The notes under the pieces are model-generated. The model ran no database searches and was not told the DNA's origin. It saw nothing but the letters and a program-made list of their open reading frames with translations. 64,000 bases of DNA from an uncultured Gemmatimonadaceae bacterium (GTDB lineage Bacteria; Gemmatimonadota; Gemmatimonadetes; Gemmatimonadales; GWC2-71-9): assembly GCA_964348295.1 (NCBI GenBank), contig CAYGBV010000002.1, forward strand, positions 4,775-68,774, written 5' to 3'. The translations under genes and the position numbers were made by a program. The first letter of the stretch is position 1. Each line of letters opens with the position of its first letter. Shown here piece after piece: positions 19,239 to 29,828 of the stretch.

Positions 19239-20228
19239 CTAGAACCGCAATAGCAGGGCCGCCCAGTGGAAGCCGGCGCCGAATGAAGTCAGCAGCACCA
19301 GGTCCCCGGTCCTCACGCGGCCCTCCTGACGCGCCTGCCACAGCGCGATGGGGATCGAAGCGGAGCCTGTGTTGCCGTACTCGTCGATGTTGACGAAGAG
19401 ACGCTCCGGCGGCAGCGCCAGCTCCCCGGTCACCGCCTGCATGATTCGCAGGTTGGCCTGGTGGGGGATCACCAGGGCCACTTCATCCAACGTCACGCCG
19501 GCTTCGGCCAGCACAGCCTCGGCCGCTGCGCTCATGCGTTTCACGGCCTCCCGGAACACGGCCCGCCCCTCCATCACCAGGTGCAGGTGCTGGCCCTCAC
19601 GGGCGCGCTCGAGGCTGAACGGGGCCCGGGTGCCCCCCACCTCCCGACCCAGGATGCCGGTCTGGCTGCCGTCGGTCCCGGCGACGGCGGCGAGGATCTC
19701 GGACGCTCCGTCGCCCGCGCCAACCACGGTGGCGCCGGCCCCGTCCCCGAACAGCACACACGTGTTCCGATCCTGCCAATCCATCAACCGGCTCAGCAGT
19801 TCCACCCCGATCACCAGGACACGACGGCCATCCTGCTGCACCCGAGCGCGTGCCAGGTCGAGCCCCAGCACGAACCCGGCGCAGCCGCTGCCGCCGAGAT
19901 CGTAGCTGGGGATCTCCCGCAGCCGCAGGCGATGCTGCACGAACGCCGCCGTGTCGGGCCAGTAGACCTCCGGTGTATCGCTCGCCACGATGAGCTCGTC
20001 GATGTCCTGGGGCGAGAGCCCGGCGTCGGCGATGGCGTCCCGGGCGGCGGCAATGGCTAGATCGGCGGTGCTTTCCGTGTCGGCCGCGAGGCGGCGCCGC
20101 TTGATGCCCGTGCGGGACGTGATCCACTCGTCGGAGGTGTCCACGTACTCCGCCCAGTCATCGTTCGTCATGATGCGTTCGGGGAGGTAGGCACCCAACC
20201 CGAGGAGTCCGATCGTACCGCCACCCAT
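19239..20228 (-). CDS. fabH: 3-oxoacyl-ACP synthase III (KAS III)
   Basis: MGGGTIGLLGLGAYLPERIMTNDDWAEYVDTSDEWITSRTGIKRRR plus the HQAN and GNTGSASIP blocks characteristic of FabH. ATG 20228 is preferred over GTG 20240, which directly abuts the SD. Confidence 0.85.
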   Translation of the reverse strand: MGGGTIGLLGLGAYLPERIMTNDDWAEYVDTSDEWITSRTGIKRRRLAADTESTADLAIAAARDAIADAGLSPQDIDELIVASDTPEVYWPDTAAFVQHRLRLREIPSYDLGGSGCAGFVLGLDLARARVQQDGRRVLVIGVELLSRLMDWQDRNTCVLFGDGAGATVVGAGDGASEILAAVAGTDGSQTGILGREVGGTRAPFSLERAREGQHLHLVMEGRAVFREAVKRMSAAAEAVLAEAGVTLDEVALVIPHQANLRIMQAVTGELALPPERLFVNIDEYGNTGSASIPIALWQARQEGRVRTGDLVLLTSFGAGFHWAALLLRF

Positions 20229-20287
20229 CGTCCGCAACACCCTCCCGGCCGTCAGTCAGATTGACTCAGGACGTCTCGCTCCAGCAC

Positions 20288-21295
20288 TCACTTCTCGCCT
20301 GTGCCCTCACCCTTGTCGCTGCCCGCCGCTCGAGACGGGGCCTGCGCCAGTCCCGCCGCGCCGGCTACTCCCGTCAGGCCGATGACGTTGGGGAGGTTGA
20401 GCGAGTCGGCGAGGCCCGACGGCACCACCATCAGCGAGCCGCGCTTCACGATGCTCTCGTACAGCATGTTCATGGCGCGCAGGTTGAGGGCGGTGGGATG
20501 CTCGCGATAGCGCTCCGCCGCCTGGACGAACTTGTCCGCGATCTCTGTCTCGGCGGTGCCCAAGATTATCCTGGCCTGGCGCTCCCGCTCGGCCTGCGCC
20601 TGGCGTGACATCGCCTCCTCGAGGGCCTTGGGAATGATCACGTCACGGATCTCCACCGACTGCACCTGGATCCCCCAGTCGTGCATCTTCTCGTCGAGGA
20701 TGCGCTGTAGCCCCTGGCCCAGCTCCTTGCGCGACTGGATCAACTCCGCGAGGTCGTGCTTCCCTATGGCGTCACGCAGGGCCGTCTGCGCGGCGAGCAC
20801 CACCGCCAACTCGTACTGCTGCACCTCCAGGGCAGCGCGCTCGGCGTCGTACACGATCCAGAACGCGATCGCGTCCACGTTCACGGGCACGGTGTCCTTG
20901 GTGAGGCACGACTCGGCGCCGAAGTCCGTGGTGCGGATGCGCTGGTCGATGTGGTAGCTCACGCGGTCGACCACGGGGATCACGTAGAACAGTCCCGGGC
21001 CGCGCAGACCGCGATACCTGCCGAGCCGTAGCACGACCGCCTTCTCCCACTGGTCGGCGTACTTGATGGACGAGCCGACCAGCGCGGCGGTCAGCGCGGT
21101 GACCACCGGCGCCACGATCGCGCGCCACGGCTCCCAATCGATGGGCAGGGCGAACAGCGCAGCGCCGACCGCCGCGGCAGTGACGAGTCCGGAGATGACC
21201 GCCGCCGTCGGATAACGCGTGTCATTCGGGGATTTGGGCGGGCGCGATGTCGGCAAGCCGCGCGCAACGCGGACCGGAAGGAACTCTTCAGTCAT
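20288..21295 (-). CDS. SPFH/band-7 (stomatin/slipin-like) membrane protein
   Basis: N-terminal TM segments followed by an SPFH core (QWEKAVVLRLGRYRGLRGPGLFYVIPVVDRV...TKDTVPVNVDAIAFW...AQAERERQARI). Confidence 0.8.
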   Translation of the reverse strand: MTEEFLPVRVARGLPTSRPPKSPNDTRYPTAAVISGLVTAAAVGAALFALPIDWEPWRAIVAPVVTALTAALVGSSIKYADQWEKAVVLRLGRYRGLRGPGLFYVIPVVDRVSYHIDQRIRTTDFGAESCLTKDTVPVNVDAIAFWIVYDAERAALEVQQYELAVVLAAQTALRDAIGKHDLAELIQSRKELGQGLQRILDEKMHDWGIQVQSVEIRDVIIPKALEEAMSRQAQAERERQARIILGTAETEIADKFVQAAERYREHPTALNLRAMNMLYESIVKRGSLMVVPSGLADSLNLPNVIGLTGVAGAAGLAQAPSRAAGSDKGEGTGEK

Positions 21296-21297
21296 AC

Positions 21298-21732
21298 TCA
21301 GCGCCTCTTGGCATTCGATTCGCGCTCTGAGGAACGGAGCGCGATCAGTGTCTCGATGACCTCATCGAGGGGAAGCCCGAGGGCCTCGCACTGGGCCGCT
21401 ACGTCGCGGCACAGGCGGTCGAGTTGCGCCCGGCGCTCGATGGTGTCGGGGTCGGGCGGCGCCAGACCTACGAAGGTCCCCTCGCCCGCCCGAGTCACGA
21501 GCACGCCCAGGCTCTCGAGCTCCCGGTAGGCCCGGGCGACGGTGTTGGGATGGGCAGCCAGATCGATCGCGAGCTGCCGCACCGTGGGTAGGCGCTCACC
21601 CGTCTCGAGCGTGCCGGTGACGACCTCGAGCCACACGCGGTCGGCGATCTGGCGGTACAGCGGGGCGTCGCCGGACGGGTCCAGATACATAGCGAGTCGC
21701 TGGGCGATGCTGGCGCGCTCTTCGTCGCTCAT
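21298..21732 (-). CDS. GntR-family (YhcF-like, short) transcriptional regulator
   Basis: PLYRQIADRVWLEVVTGTLETGERLPTVRQLAIDLAAHPNTVARAYRELESLGVL is a GntR winged helix. ATG at 21732. The stop lies 2 nt before the SPFH start. Confidence 0.8.
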   Translation of the reverse strand: MSDEERASIAQRLAMYLDPSGDAPLYRQIADRVWLEVVTGTLETGERLPTVRQLAIDLAAHPNTVARAYRELESLGVLVTRAGEGTFVGLAPPDPDTIERRAQLDRLCRDVAAQCEALGLPLDEVIETLIALRSSERESNAKRR

Positions 21733-21827
21733 GGGCTCCTCGGGTGAACAAACGAAGGATACGGCGGGGGCCACCGCGGAGCCAGGCGGAGGAGTGAGCG
21801 TCCCGGGCCGTACGCCTCACCGCAGGG

Positions 21828-23339
<1,512 letters not shown>

Positions 23340-23374
23340 GTCTCTGCTCCTTCCTGACACCGTTGATGACAACA

Positions 23375-23405
23375 AGAGGGAGACGGCTCGAAACCGTCTC
23401 CCTCT
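23375..23405 (-). terminator. Rho-independent terminator after the DUF4097-like gene
   Basis: Perfect 12-bp stem AGAGGGAGACGG / CCGTCTCCCTCT with a 7-nt loop. On the minus strand it is followed by TGTTGTCATC. Confidence 0.6.
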
Positions 23406-23473
23406 ACGGCGTTAGCCGGGGGCGTGTTTCAGCCGGGGGCGGATCGAGCTGCCCGGCTCGACACCCCCGATTC

Positions 23474-24265
23474 CTACGGCCCTCGCAGGAGGCTCGCGTT
23501 GCCGTTTACCGTCGAGACCAGCAGCGCCCTGCCTCCTGCGCCCAGCGTGCCCCGCCAATCACCCAGTGCCACCTCGGTCAGCGTGAAGTCCGAGGAGACG
23601 GAGCCGTTGACCGTCAGCACGCGCGCCTCGGCGTTCGTGGCGGCCGGGACCTCCACGGCAACGTTGCCGTTCACGGTGGAGAATGTCAGGTCGCGGTCCC
23701 AGGTTACCAGTCCCACCGATGCCGTGACGTCTCCGTTCACGGTCTCGGCTAGCGCGAGCTGCGTGGTCGAGACGCGGACCTCGCCGTTGATCGTCTCCAG
23801 AAAGGCGTTACTCAGCAGTTCGTCGGCGGTCACGCTGCCATTGATGGTGGTTCCCGTGAACACCACGCCCGCCGGCAGCAGAACCGTGAAGCTCACCTCG
23901 ACGTCGTTGTCCTGCACGCTCATGTGGCCACCGTCGCCGGGCTGGCACTCGTTGGCAGGCTGGCCAGGCACGTCGGGATAAACCGCGCAGATCGTTATGC
24001 CGCCCGGGTGCTCCACCAGCTCGACCGTGACCGAGTCCGGATCGTTCCGGTCGGCCCGCTTGTGCGCCGTGACCTCGGTAGTGCTGCCGGACGCCAGCGT
24101 TACCTGGATGCCGCCGTTGATCCCCTTGATCTCGAGCTGGTCGCCCTGGGCGATCTGCCCACTCCACTCGAACGCCAGCTCGCCCGGCCCAGTCAATTCG
24201 TCGCAGCCCGTAAGCAACAGCGCGGCAGGCACCGCGAGCAATAGCAGCTGGAGCACTCTCATCAA
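23474..24265 (-). CDS. DUF4097-like beta-strand-repeat lipoprotein (putative adhesin fold)
   Basis: Lipobox LLLTGC. Repeated INGxV / VNGxV strands (INGGIQVT, INGSVTAD, INGEVRVS, VNGDVTAS, VNGNVAVE, VNGSVSSD, VNGNASLL). Confidence 0.7.
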   Translation of the reverse strand: MMRVLQLLLLAVPAALLLTGCDELTGPGELAFEWSGQIAQGDQLEIKGINGGIQVTLASGSTTEVTAHKRADRNDPDSVTVELVEHPGGITICAVYPDVPGQPANECQPGDGGHMSVQDNDVEVSFTVLLPAGVVFTGTTINGSVTADELLSNAFLETINGEVRVSTTQLALAETVNGDVTASVGLVTWDRDLTFSTVNGNVAVEVPAATNAEARVLTVNGSVSSDFTLTEVALGDWRGTLGAGGRALLVSTVNGNASLLRGP

Positions 24266-24350
24266 GTCACCTCCCAGTAGATCGAAGGGGCGGCATCAGG
24301 GGTTGAGCACGATGTTCGCAGAAATCTACAGCAGCTACGCCGCCCAGGCC

Positions 24351-25529
24351 CTACGCGTAGTGAAACGGGCAGGCCCTGGCGGCGTACAGCGGGCCGCCGT
24401 ACAGGTCGTTCCGCAGCGGGGCGGGTGCCCACGGCACCTGCAGGTCCGCGAGCCGCTCACCCACCAGCTCGATGGCCTCCTCGCGCGGCTCCCCCAGCCC
24501 CATCTCGTAGGCGATGACGAGCTGCCTCTGCGACGCCACGTCGTGGCTCATGATGCGCGCCGCCGTCGCATCGGCCGCCACGAGATCCCCGCTGGCCAGG
24601 ACGAGCCACGAGCCCAACCGGCTCCGCACGTCCACGGTACGGCCGCCCGATCCGCGAGTCGGCCCGGAGCCCTCTATGCCGAGCGAGAAATCCACGACGG
24701 CGAGATCGGGCTTCACGCCGTCCACGACATCGAGGTAGATCTCCGCGATCGCCCGCGGACTGCTGTGGTCGAACACGCCACCCCGATCCATGTGCCCGTT
24801 CACCCACACGCCATAGCGCTCCAGCGACGTCACGCCGACGAAGTTCTTGAGCGCCAGCGTGAGCTGGGCCCACGAGTGGGTCTTAGCCACCGGGATCGAG
24901 ATCACGCGGTCGGCGTGGGCCACGAGGCTCGAGACCGCGATGGTGCCCAGGTAGGTGCGCGACGGAACCTCGACCCAGCTCGGCGAATCCACCTCGAGCG
25001 AGACGACCGATACCGGCTTGCCGTAGCTCGCGGTCAGGCGCTCCGCCTCCTGCACCAACGTGGTCGAGCCGTCCAGCGTGGCGGCCAGCTCCCACTGCAG
25101 CGACGGCAGCTGGGATCCATCGCCGATGATGACCTCGGCGGCGCCCGCCTTGAGGCACTCTTCGGCGACGGCCACGGCGATCTCCGGCTTGGTGCACTCC
25201 CCACTGGTGAAGATGCGGCCCGATGCCACCCAGGGCATGGTCACCATGTTGGGCTTGATGAACACGGTCTCGTCCTGGTGGACGACCTCTCCGATGCCGC
25301 CCAGAAGGTCGAGGGCCTGGCGGGTCATGCTGGGGAGATCCGTGCCACGGACCGCAGACACCGGAACGATGGGATCGGAGGGGCCCGGAGGATCCCACGG
25401 CGGCTCAATGGGCTGGAGAGGCCCGGATGGGCCCGACGGGTCGGATTCCCCCGAACACGCGGCTGCCGCCGCCCCGCCTACGGCCAGCGCAGACAGGCGC
25501 AGGAACTCCCGCCGGCTGAGGTGCCACAT
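24351..25529 (-). CDS. DUF362-domain protein with twin-arginine signal
   Basis: ATG 25529 has GGGGAGG 7 nt upstream. MWHLSRREFLRLSALAVGGAAAAACSG is Tat/lipobox-like. DUF362-type core (VFIKPNMV...KTHSWAQLTLALKNFVG). Paralog at 50026..51027. Confidence 0.7.
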   Translation of the reverse strand: MWHLSRREFLRLSALAVGGAAAAACSGESDPSGPSGPLQPIEPPWDPPGPSDPIVPVSAVRGTDLPSMTRQALDLLGGIGEVVHQDETVFIKPNMVTMPWVASGRIFTSGECTKPEIAVAVAEECLKAGAAEVIIGDGSQLPSLQWELAATLDGSTTLVQEAERLTASYGKPVSVVSLEVDSPSWVEVPSRTYLGTIAVSSLVAHADRVISIPVAKTHSWAQLTLALKNFVGVTSLERYGVWVNGHMDRGGVFDHSSPRAIAEIYLDVVDGVKPDLAVVDFSLGIEGSGPTRGSGGRTVDVRSRLGSWLVLASGDLVAADATAARIMSHDVASQRQLVIAYEMGLGEPREEAIELVGERLADLQVPWAPAPLRNDLYGGPLYAARACPFHYA

Positions 25530-25648
25530 CACGAGCCTCCCCTCACCCATCAATACACAGATGTCGCCCCAATGGGTTCACGCCGCGGCGGGAATGTCGA
25601 TGAATTTCGTCGGGCTTCGAACGCCACCAGCGGTGGCGGCCGCCGAGC

Positions 25649-26200
25649 CTACCGTGGCTGCGACTCGGGCGGCGCCCAACACCGGCGCCCATCCGGCAGA
25701 CGGCACGGCGCAAAGGAGAAGTTGGCCGTATCGCTCCACGCACCGACACTGCCGTACGCGTCCACCGGCTGTACCAGCCAGTACCACCCGAACATGTTGC
25801 GGTCGATCACGAAGCCGTTGCACGCCGTGAAGTCGAACTCACTCTCCGCAACGAACCAGTCGATCATGGGGTACATGGCGCTCCGGTTCTTGACGAACAG
25901 GTAGTAGCCGGCCGTTCCGTCCGGTAGCGCGACGTCCGTCCAGTCGAACTGGATCTGGAACCCGTAGCCGCGCGCCTCATGCGGCGGGCACCCGATGCTC
26001 GAGTCGTTCTGTGCAATGACGGCTCCTTCGGGCGGTGCGAGCAGCGTGACCGTAGGGCCGCCGCCGAACGAGTCAGGCGCAGCGGCGGCGCGGCCTGACC
26101 CCGGGCGCTCCCACATCGCAACCGGCTCGCGGCAGGCGCAGAGCAGCAGCACGGCCCCGAGACAGATCACTTGGGTGTGAGTCTGCAGAGGCTGTCTCAT
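25649..26200 (-). CDS. Hypothetical lipoprotein
   Basis: ATG 26200 with GGAGG upstream. MRQPLQTHTQVICLGAVLLLCAC contains a lipobox. Trp/aromatic-rich, about 180 aa. Confidence 0.5.
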   Translation of the reverse strand: MRQPLQTHTQVICLGAVLLLCACREPVAMWERPGSGRAAAAPDSFGGGPTVTLLAPPEGAVIAQNDSSIGCPPHEARGYGFQIQFDWTDVALPDGTAGYYLFVKNRSAMYPMIDWFVAESEFDFTACNGFVIDRNMFGWYWLVQPVDAYGSVGAWSDTANFSFAPCRLPDGRRCWAPPESQPR

Positions 26201-26396
26201 TGGTGCCTCCGAGTGTCTGTAACCCTGCTGCACCATGCGGTTCCCCGGTCAAGCGTCCGTCAAGAGCCCCGGACAAGGCGCCCGGCTTGAGCCACCTGAG
26301 TCCCCCTGGGTATCGTTCACCCGCGTCACCGCACGGCCGACAGAGACGGACCGGCCGCGATCCTATTCACGCTCGCACACGGAGGTCGGCGCAGTC

Positions 26397-26969
26397 ATGC
26401 CGCTGAACGCCCGACGCATCCGATTCGCCGCCCCCGCCCTGCTGGCCGCGCTCGCGGCCGCCTGCGCCGGTGAGGCGGCGGACGAATCCACCACGCCGCT
26501 CCCCGCGCAGATCCACGGCCTGGCGCTCACCGAGTCGCACGCGGGCGAGGAGGCCACCCGGATCCTGATCGAGATGCACCAGTCCGAGGTGGTGCCGCCC
26601 GAGAACTACATCGGCCACTACGGCACCGAGGAGATGGGCGCGGTGCTCTACGTGAGCCGGTTCGCGGCCACGGCGGAGGCCGACTCCTTGCTGCTGGCCA
26701 TGGGCCAGCGGATCGGCCCCGGGAGCAGCGGCTTTGGGCACCACACCGAGTTCACCGCGGCCGACCGTGTCGTGCATATGGTGTTCGGACACGGGCAGGT
26801 GCACTTCTTCTACGTCGAGGAGCGGGACCTGACGTGGTTCGCGGTCCATCCGCAGCTGGCCCGCCCGGCCCTGGCGGAGCTCTTGAAGACCGAGACGGAC
26901 TCGATTCCCACATTCGAGGAGCTGATGATGGGGCGGCCCGTCGTGGACGACCGAGCCGGCGGGTCGTAG
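26397..26969 (+). CDS. Hypothetical lipoprotein
   Basis: In-frame ATG 26397 gives MPLNARRIRFAAPALLAALAAACAG (lipobox). The upstream 54 codons of the ORF-track call look non-coding. Confidence 0.5.
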   Translation: MPLNARRIRFAAPALLAALAAACAGEAADESTTPLPAQIHGLALTESHAGEEATRILIEMHQSEVVPPENYIGHYGTEEMGAVLYVSRFAATAEADSLLLAMGQRIGPGSSGFGHHTEFTAADRVVHMVFGHGQVHFFYVEERDLTWFAVHPQLARPALAELLKTETDSIPTFEELMMGRPVVDDRAGGS

Positions 26970-26994
26970 CGCGAAGCAGAGCCCCTGAAAGATG

Positions 26995-27025
26995 AGCCCC
27001 ACAGCCGAGCTTCGACTGTGGGGCT
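26995..27025. terminator. Bidirectional terminator hairpin between convergent genes
   Basis: 10-bp stem AGCCCCACAG / CTGTGGGGCT with an 11-nt loop. It lies between the 26969 (+) and 27060 (-) stops. Confidence 0.55.
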
Positions 27026-27059
27026 TCGCTTTGCCGCTGGTCCGCGCGCGATGATGGCC

Positions 27060-29234
27060 TTATCGCCGCGCCGCGTCCGCCTCCTCCTCGGTTGGGAACA
27101 ACTGGCCCGTGTCCAGCTCCAGCACGATGCGGTCGGCGTCGTACACGTGATCGAGCGAGGCGCGAATCGCACGCACGTCCACCATGATGTTGCGGCCCCG
27201 CTCTGGCAGATAGATGAAGTCGCGCGACAGGCCCTCGATGTTGCGGTCGAAGTTGAGCCCCACCAGCTCCAGGTCGGGGGTCACGGCCGGCGAGCCGGAG
27301 TTGCCGCCGTACGTGTCGGCCGTGGAGACAAAGTTGAGCGGTGTCCGGAGGTCGAGCCCGGCGGGCGGTTGGTGCCACCGCTCCGGCAGGCTCCAGTCAA
27401 TCGCGCCGCCGTGCGCCCGGAACCGGTCGTACAGCCCAAAGAACGTGGTGTAGGGCGGGGCGATGGTCCCGTTGTACTCGTAGCTCGACACCACGCCGTC
27501 GGTGATGCGCGGCGAGAACGTGCCGTCGGGCGGCACGTCCCGGCCATACACCTCGAACCGCACCCGGCCCAGCTCCGCTTCCAGCTCGCGCTCCTCGGCA
27601 GCGAGGCCGCCGTAGGCCGCTTGATACCCCCCATAGACAGGGAGCAGCGCCGCGGCGAGCCGCATCAACGGGTCGTTGTGGCTGAGCGTTCCGGCCTCGA
27701 CCGCGGCGGCGGCCGACGCGGCATCGCGCAGGGCCGACTGCTGGAGCAGCATCGCGGCCGCCTGCTCCGGCGTGCGGCCCTGCAGGGCGGCCCGCGTGAG
27801 CCGGTGCTCCGACCCCAACCAGCGCTCGAAGTCGCCCAGCCGGGCCGCCAGATAACGGTGCTCCAGCTCCACCGGATGATCGGGGATGGCCAGCAGCCCC
27901 TCTCGAATCGCCGCCAGGCTCTCCCCCGTGGCGCCGGACTCCAGGGCATTGAGGTAGGCCACCGTGGACATCATGCGGCGCAGGGCCGCCGAGCCGTAGG
28001 TGCGGTGCGCCAGCCGGTAGAACGCCGCATGCGCTGCGGCTACCTCGCGCTGCTCGGCTTGAATCTCGGCCAGCCGGTCGAACAGGCCACCGTAGCGCGC
28101 GCGCAGCTCGAGGTTCGTCTGCACCGCCTCGATGAGCCGCCGCTCGGCATCGGCCTTCCGGGCCATGATCGCCGGATCCTCGAGCGCGGCGAGCCGCCCG
28201 GTCGAGGCCTTCAGCGAGTTGGACAGGCTGAACATCCGGTTGCGGACGTTCAGCGCCTCGGCCTCGTCGGGCTGGACCGCGCGGAACTCGCCCAGCGCCG
28301 TGTGCCGGCCGGCGAGCCAGCCGATCCGCGCAGGCACGTCCACGTCGCGCTGGTACTCGAGCTGCGCGGTGGTCCGCAGCCGGTTCGTGGAGCCGGGGTT
28401 GCCGATCACGAAGACGACATCGTCCTGCTCCACGCCGGCGAGGCTCCACCCGAAGTGGTGCTCGGGCCGATACGGGTTCCCGTCCGCGTCGTAGATCCGC
28501 AGGAAGGCGTAGTCCAGCGCGTAGCGCGGATAGGTGAAGTTGTCGGGGTCCCCACCGAAGAAGCCGAGTTGCAGCTCCACTGCCGCCACCAGCCGCACGT
28601 CGGTGAAGCGGCGGAACACGTAGGCGGAGTAGCGGCCGCCGTTGTACAGGCCGATGAGCTGCACCCAGACGGAGTCACCCGGCTCGGCGTACTGCCGCTT
28701 GAGCCGGGCCCCGACAGCCTCCAGAGTGCGCTCGCGCACCGCTTCCCGCTCGGCGTCGCTCGCCTGGTCCAAGGCGGCGAACACCTCGTCGGAGACGTCC
28801 ACGGCCGCCAGGAGCTGGTCGGCGTAGTAGCCCGGCATGCGCCGCTCCTGGCCGAGCGACGTCGCGTAGAAGCCGTTGTCGAGCAGGCCCTCACCGGGCC
28901 GGCTCACCTCCGACACGCGGCTGCGCACGCAGTGATGGTTCGTGGCCACCAGCCCATGGGGCGAGACGAACGACGCCGAGCACCCCGGAATGCGCAGCAC
29001 GGAGAGCCGTGCCCGCTCGAACCACGCCTGGTTGGCGTCGAAGCCGTAGGTCTCGCTGAAGTACGCGGTCGGCGCGTACTCGAAGGTCCACATCTTGCCG
29101 TAGTCGAACCGGCCGGCGCGCATGGTATCGAGATTCGTGCCGCCGACCTGGGCGGGGGCGGCGACGGGTGCTGCAACGAGCAACCCGACGGCTGCGGCGG
29201 GGCCGAGAAGCCGCTTCACTATATGGGATCGCAT
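27060..29234 (-). CDS. S46 family serine peptidase (dipeptidyl-peptidase 7/11-like)
   Basis: Catalytic-His block GLVATNHHCV and catalytic-Ser block TYGGNSGSPAV. Start at ATG 29234 (MRSHIVKRLLGPAAAVGLLVAAPVAAPAQ, a signal peptide). Confidence 0.85.
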   Translation of the reverse strand: MRSHIVKRLLGPAAAVGLLVAAPVAAPAQVGGTNLDTMRAGRFDYGKMWTFEYAPTAYFSETYGFDANQAWFERARLSVLRIPGCSASFVSPHGLVATNHHCVRSRVSEVSRPGEGLLDNGFYATSLGQERRMPGYYADQLLAAVDVSDEVFAALDQASDAEREAVRERTLEAVGARLKRQYAEPGDSVWVQLIGLYNGGRYSAYVFRRFTDVRLVAAVELQLGFFGGDPDNFTYPRYALDYAFLRIYDADGNPYRPEHHFGWSLAGVEQDDVVFVIGNPGSTNRLRTTAQLEYQRDVDVPARIGWLAGRHTALGEFRAVQPDEAEALNVRNRMFSLSNSLKASTGRLAALEDPAIMARKADAERRLIEAVQTNLELRARYGGLFDRLAEIQAEQREVAAAHAAFYRLAHRTYGSAALRRMMSTVAYLNALESGATGESLAAIREGLLAIPDHPVELEHRYLAARLGDFERWLGSEHRLTRAALQGRTPEQAAAMLLQQSALRDAASAAAAVEAGTLSHNDPLMRLAAALLPVYGGYQAAYGGLAAEERELEAELGRVRFEVYGRDVPPDGTFSPRITDGVVSSYEYNGTIAPPYTTFFGLYDRFRAHGGAIDWSLPERWHQPPAGLDLRTPLNFVSTADTYGGNSGSPAVTPDLELVGLNFDRNIEGLSRDFIYLPERGRNIMVDVRAIRASLDHVYDADRIVLELDTGQLFPTEEEADAARR

Positions 29235-29247
29235 GTCTGCCTCTACG

Positions 29248-29739
29248 TCAGGACACGTCAGGATGGCTCCGCGGTGGCTCGGTGCACTCGGGCCACGACT
29301 CGTGCTCCAGGGCGATGGCCCATTGGCCGTCGTCGCCGCGCACCAGCACCTGGGTCCACATAAGGAACTCGGCCTCCGTGGAGCTTCCCTGAAAGATGAC
29401 CGTGGCCACCGTGGGGCTGAGCACCTGTATATGCAGGACTTCATAGTCAAACGTGACGTCGGTATTTCTGCCGTACCACGGACCCACCAGATTGGCGAAG
29501 TGCTCCCATCCGACCGTGATGTCGGTGACGCCCACGTAAGCGAAGTCCGCGCTGTTCATGTAGTAGCTCACGACGCGGTCCCCGTCGTGAGCGTTCATGG
29601 CATCTATCAGCTCCCCAACCGCCTGGTTCACCTCGGAGACGATGGCCTCCCGCTGCGCGTCGGTCAGCTCCGTGGACGCAGGCCGGCACGCGCCCGCCAT
29701 GAATGTGATAAGCAGAATCGCTGGTACCCAATACCGCAT
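29248..29739 (-). CDS. SnoaL-like / DUF4440 (NTF2-fold) lipoprotein
   Basis: MRYWVPAILLITFMAGAC lipobox followed by REAIVSEVNQAVGELIDAMNAHDGDRVVSYY, typical of NTF2-like proteins. Confidence 0.55.
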   Translation of the reverse strand: MRYWVPAILLITFMAGACRPASTELTDAQREAIVSEVNQAVGELIDAMNAHDGDRVVSYYMNSADFAYVGVTDITVGWEHFANLVGPWYGRNTDVTFDYEVLHIQVLSPTVATVIFQGSSTEAEFLMWTQVLVRGDDGQWAIALEHESWPECTEPPRSHPDVS

Positions 29740-29828
29740 CGGTCCCCCCGCATTCGGAAACAGTGGAAACGGTTGTTGGAACATACTAGGCAGTACCACG
29801 CCCCTGCAGTGCGTGTAGAATTAGGGCC

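Noticed and set aside
23997-25904. 635-aa plus-strand ORF spanning several minus-strand genes
   Set aside because: It runs antisense across the DUF4097-like, DUF362 and lipoprotein genes and their intergenic gaps. Its composition is not protein-like.
27018-29363. 781-aa plus-strand ORF
   Set aside because: Antisense to the S46 peptidase, which has clear catalytic motifs. It is low-complexity and R/G/A/V/H-rich.
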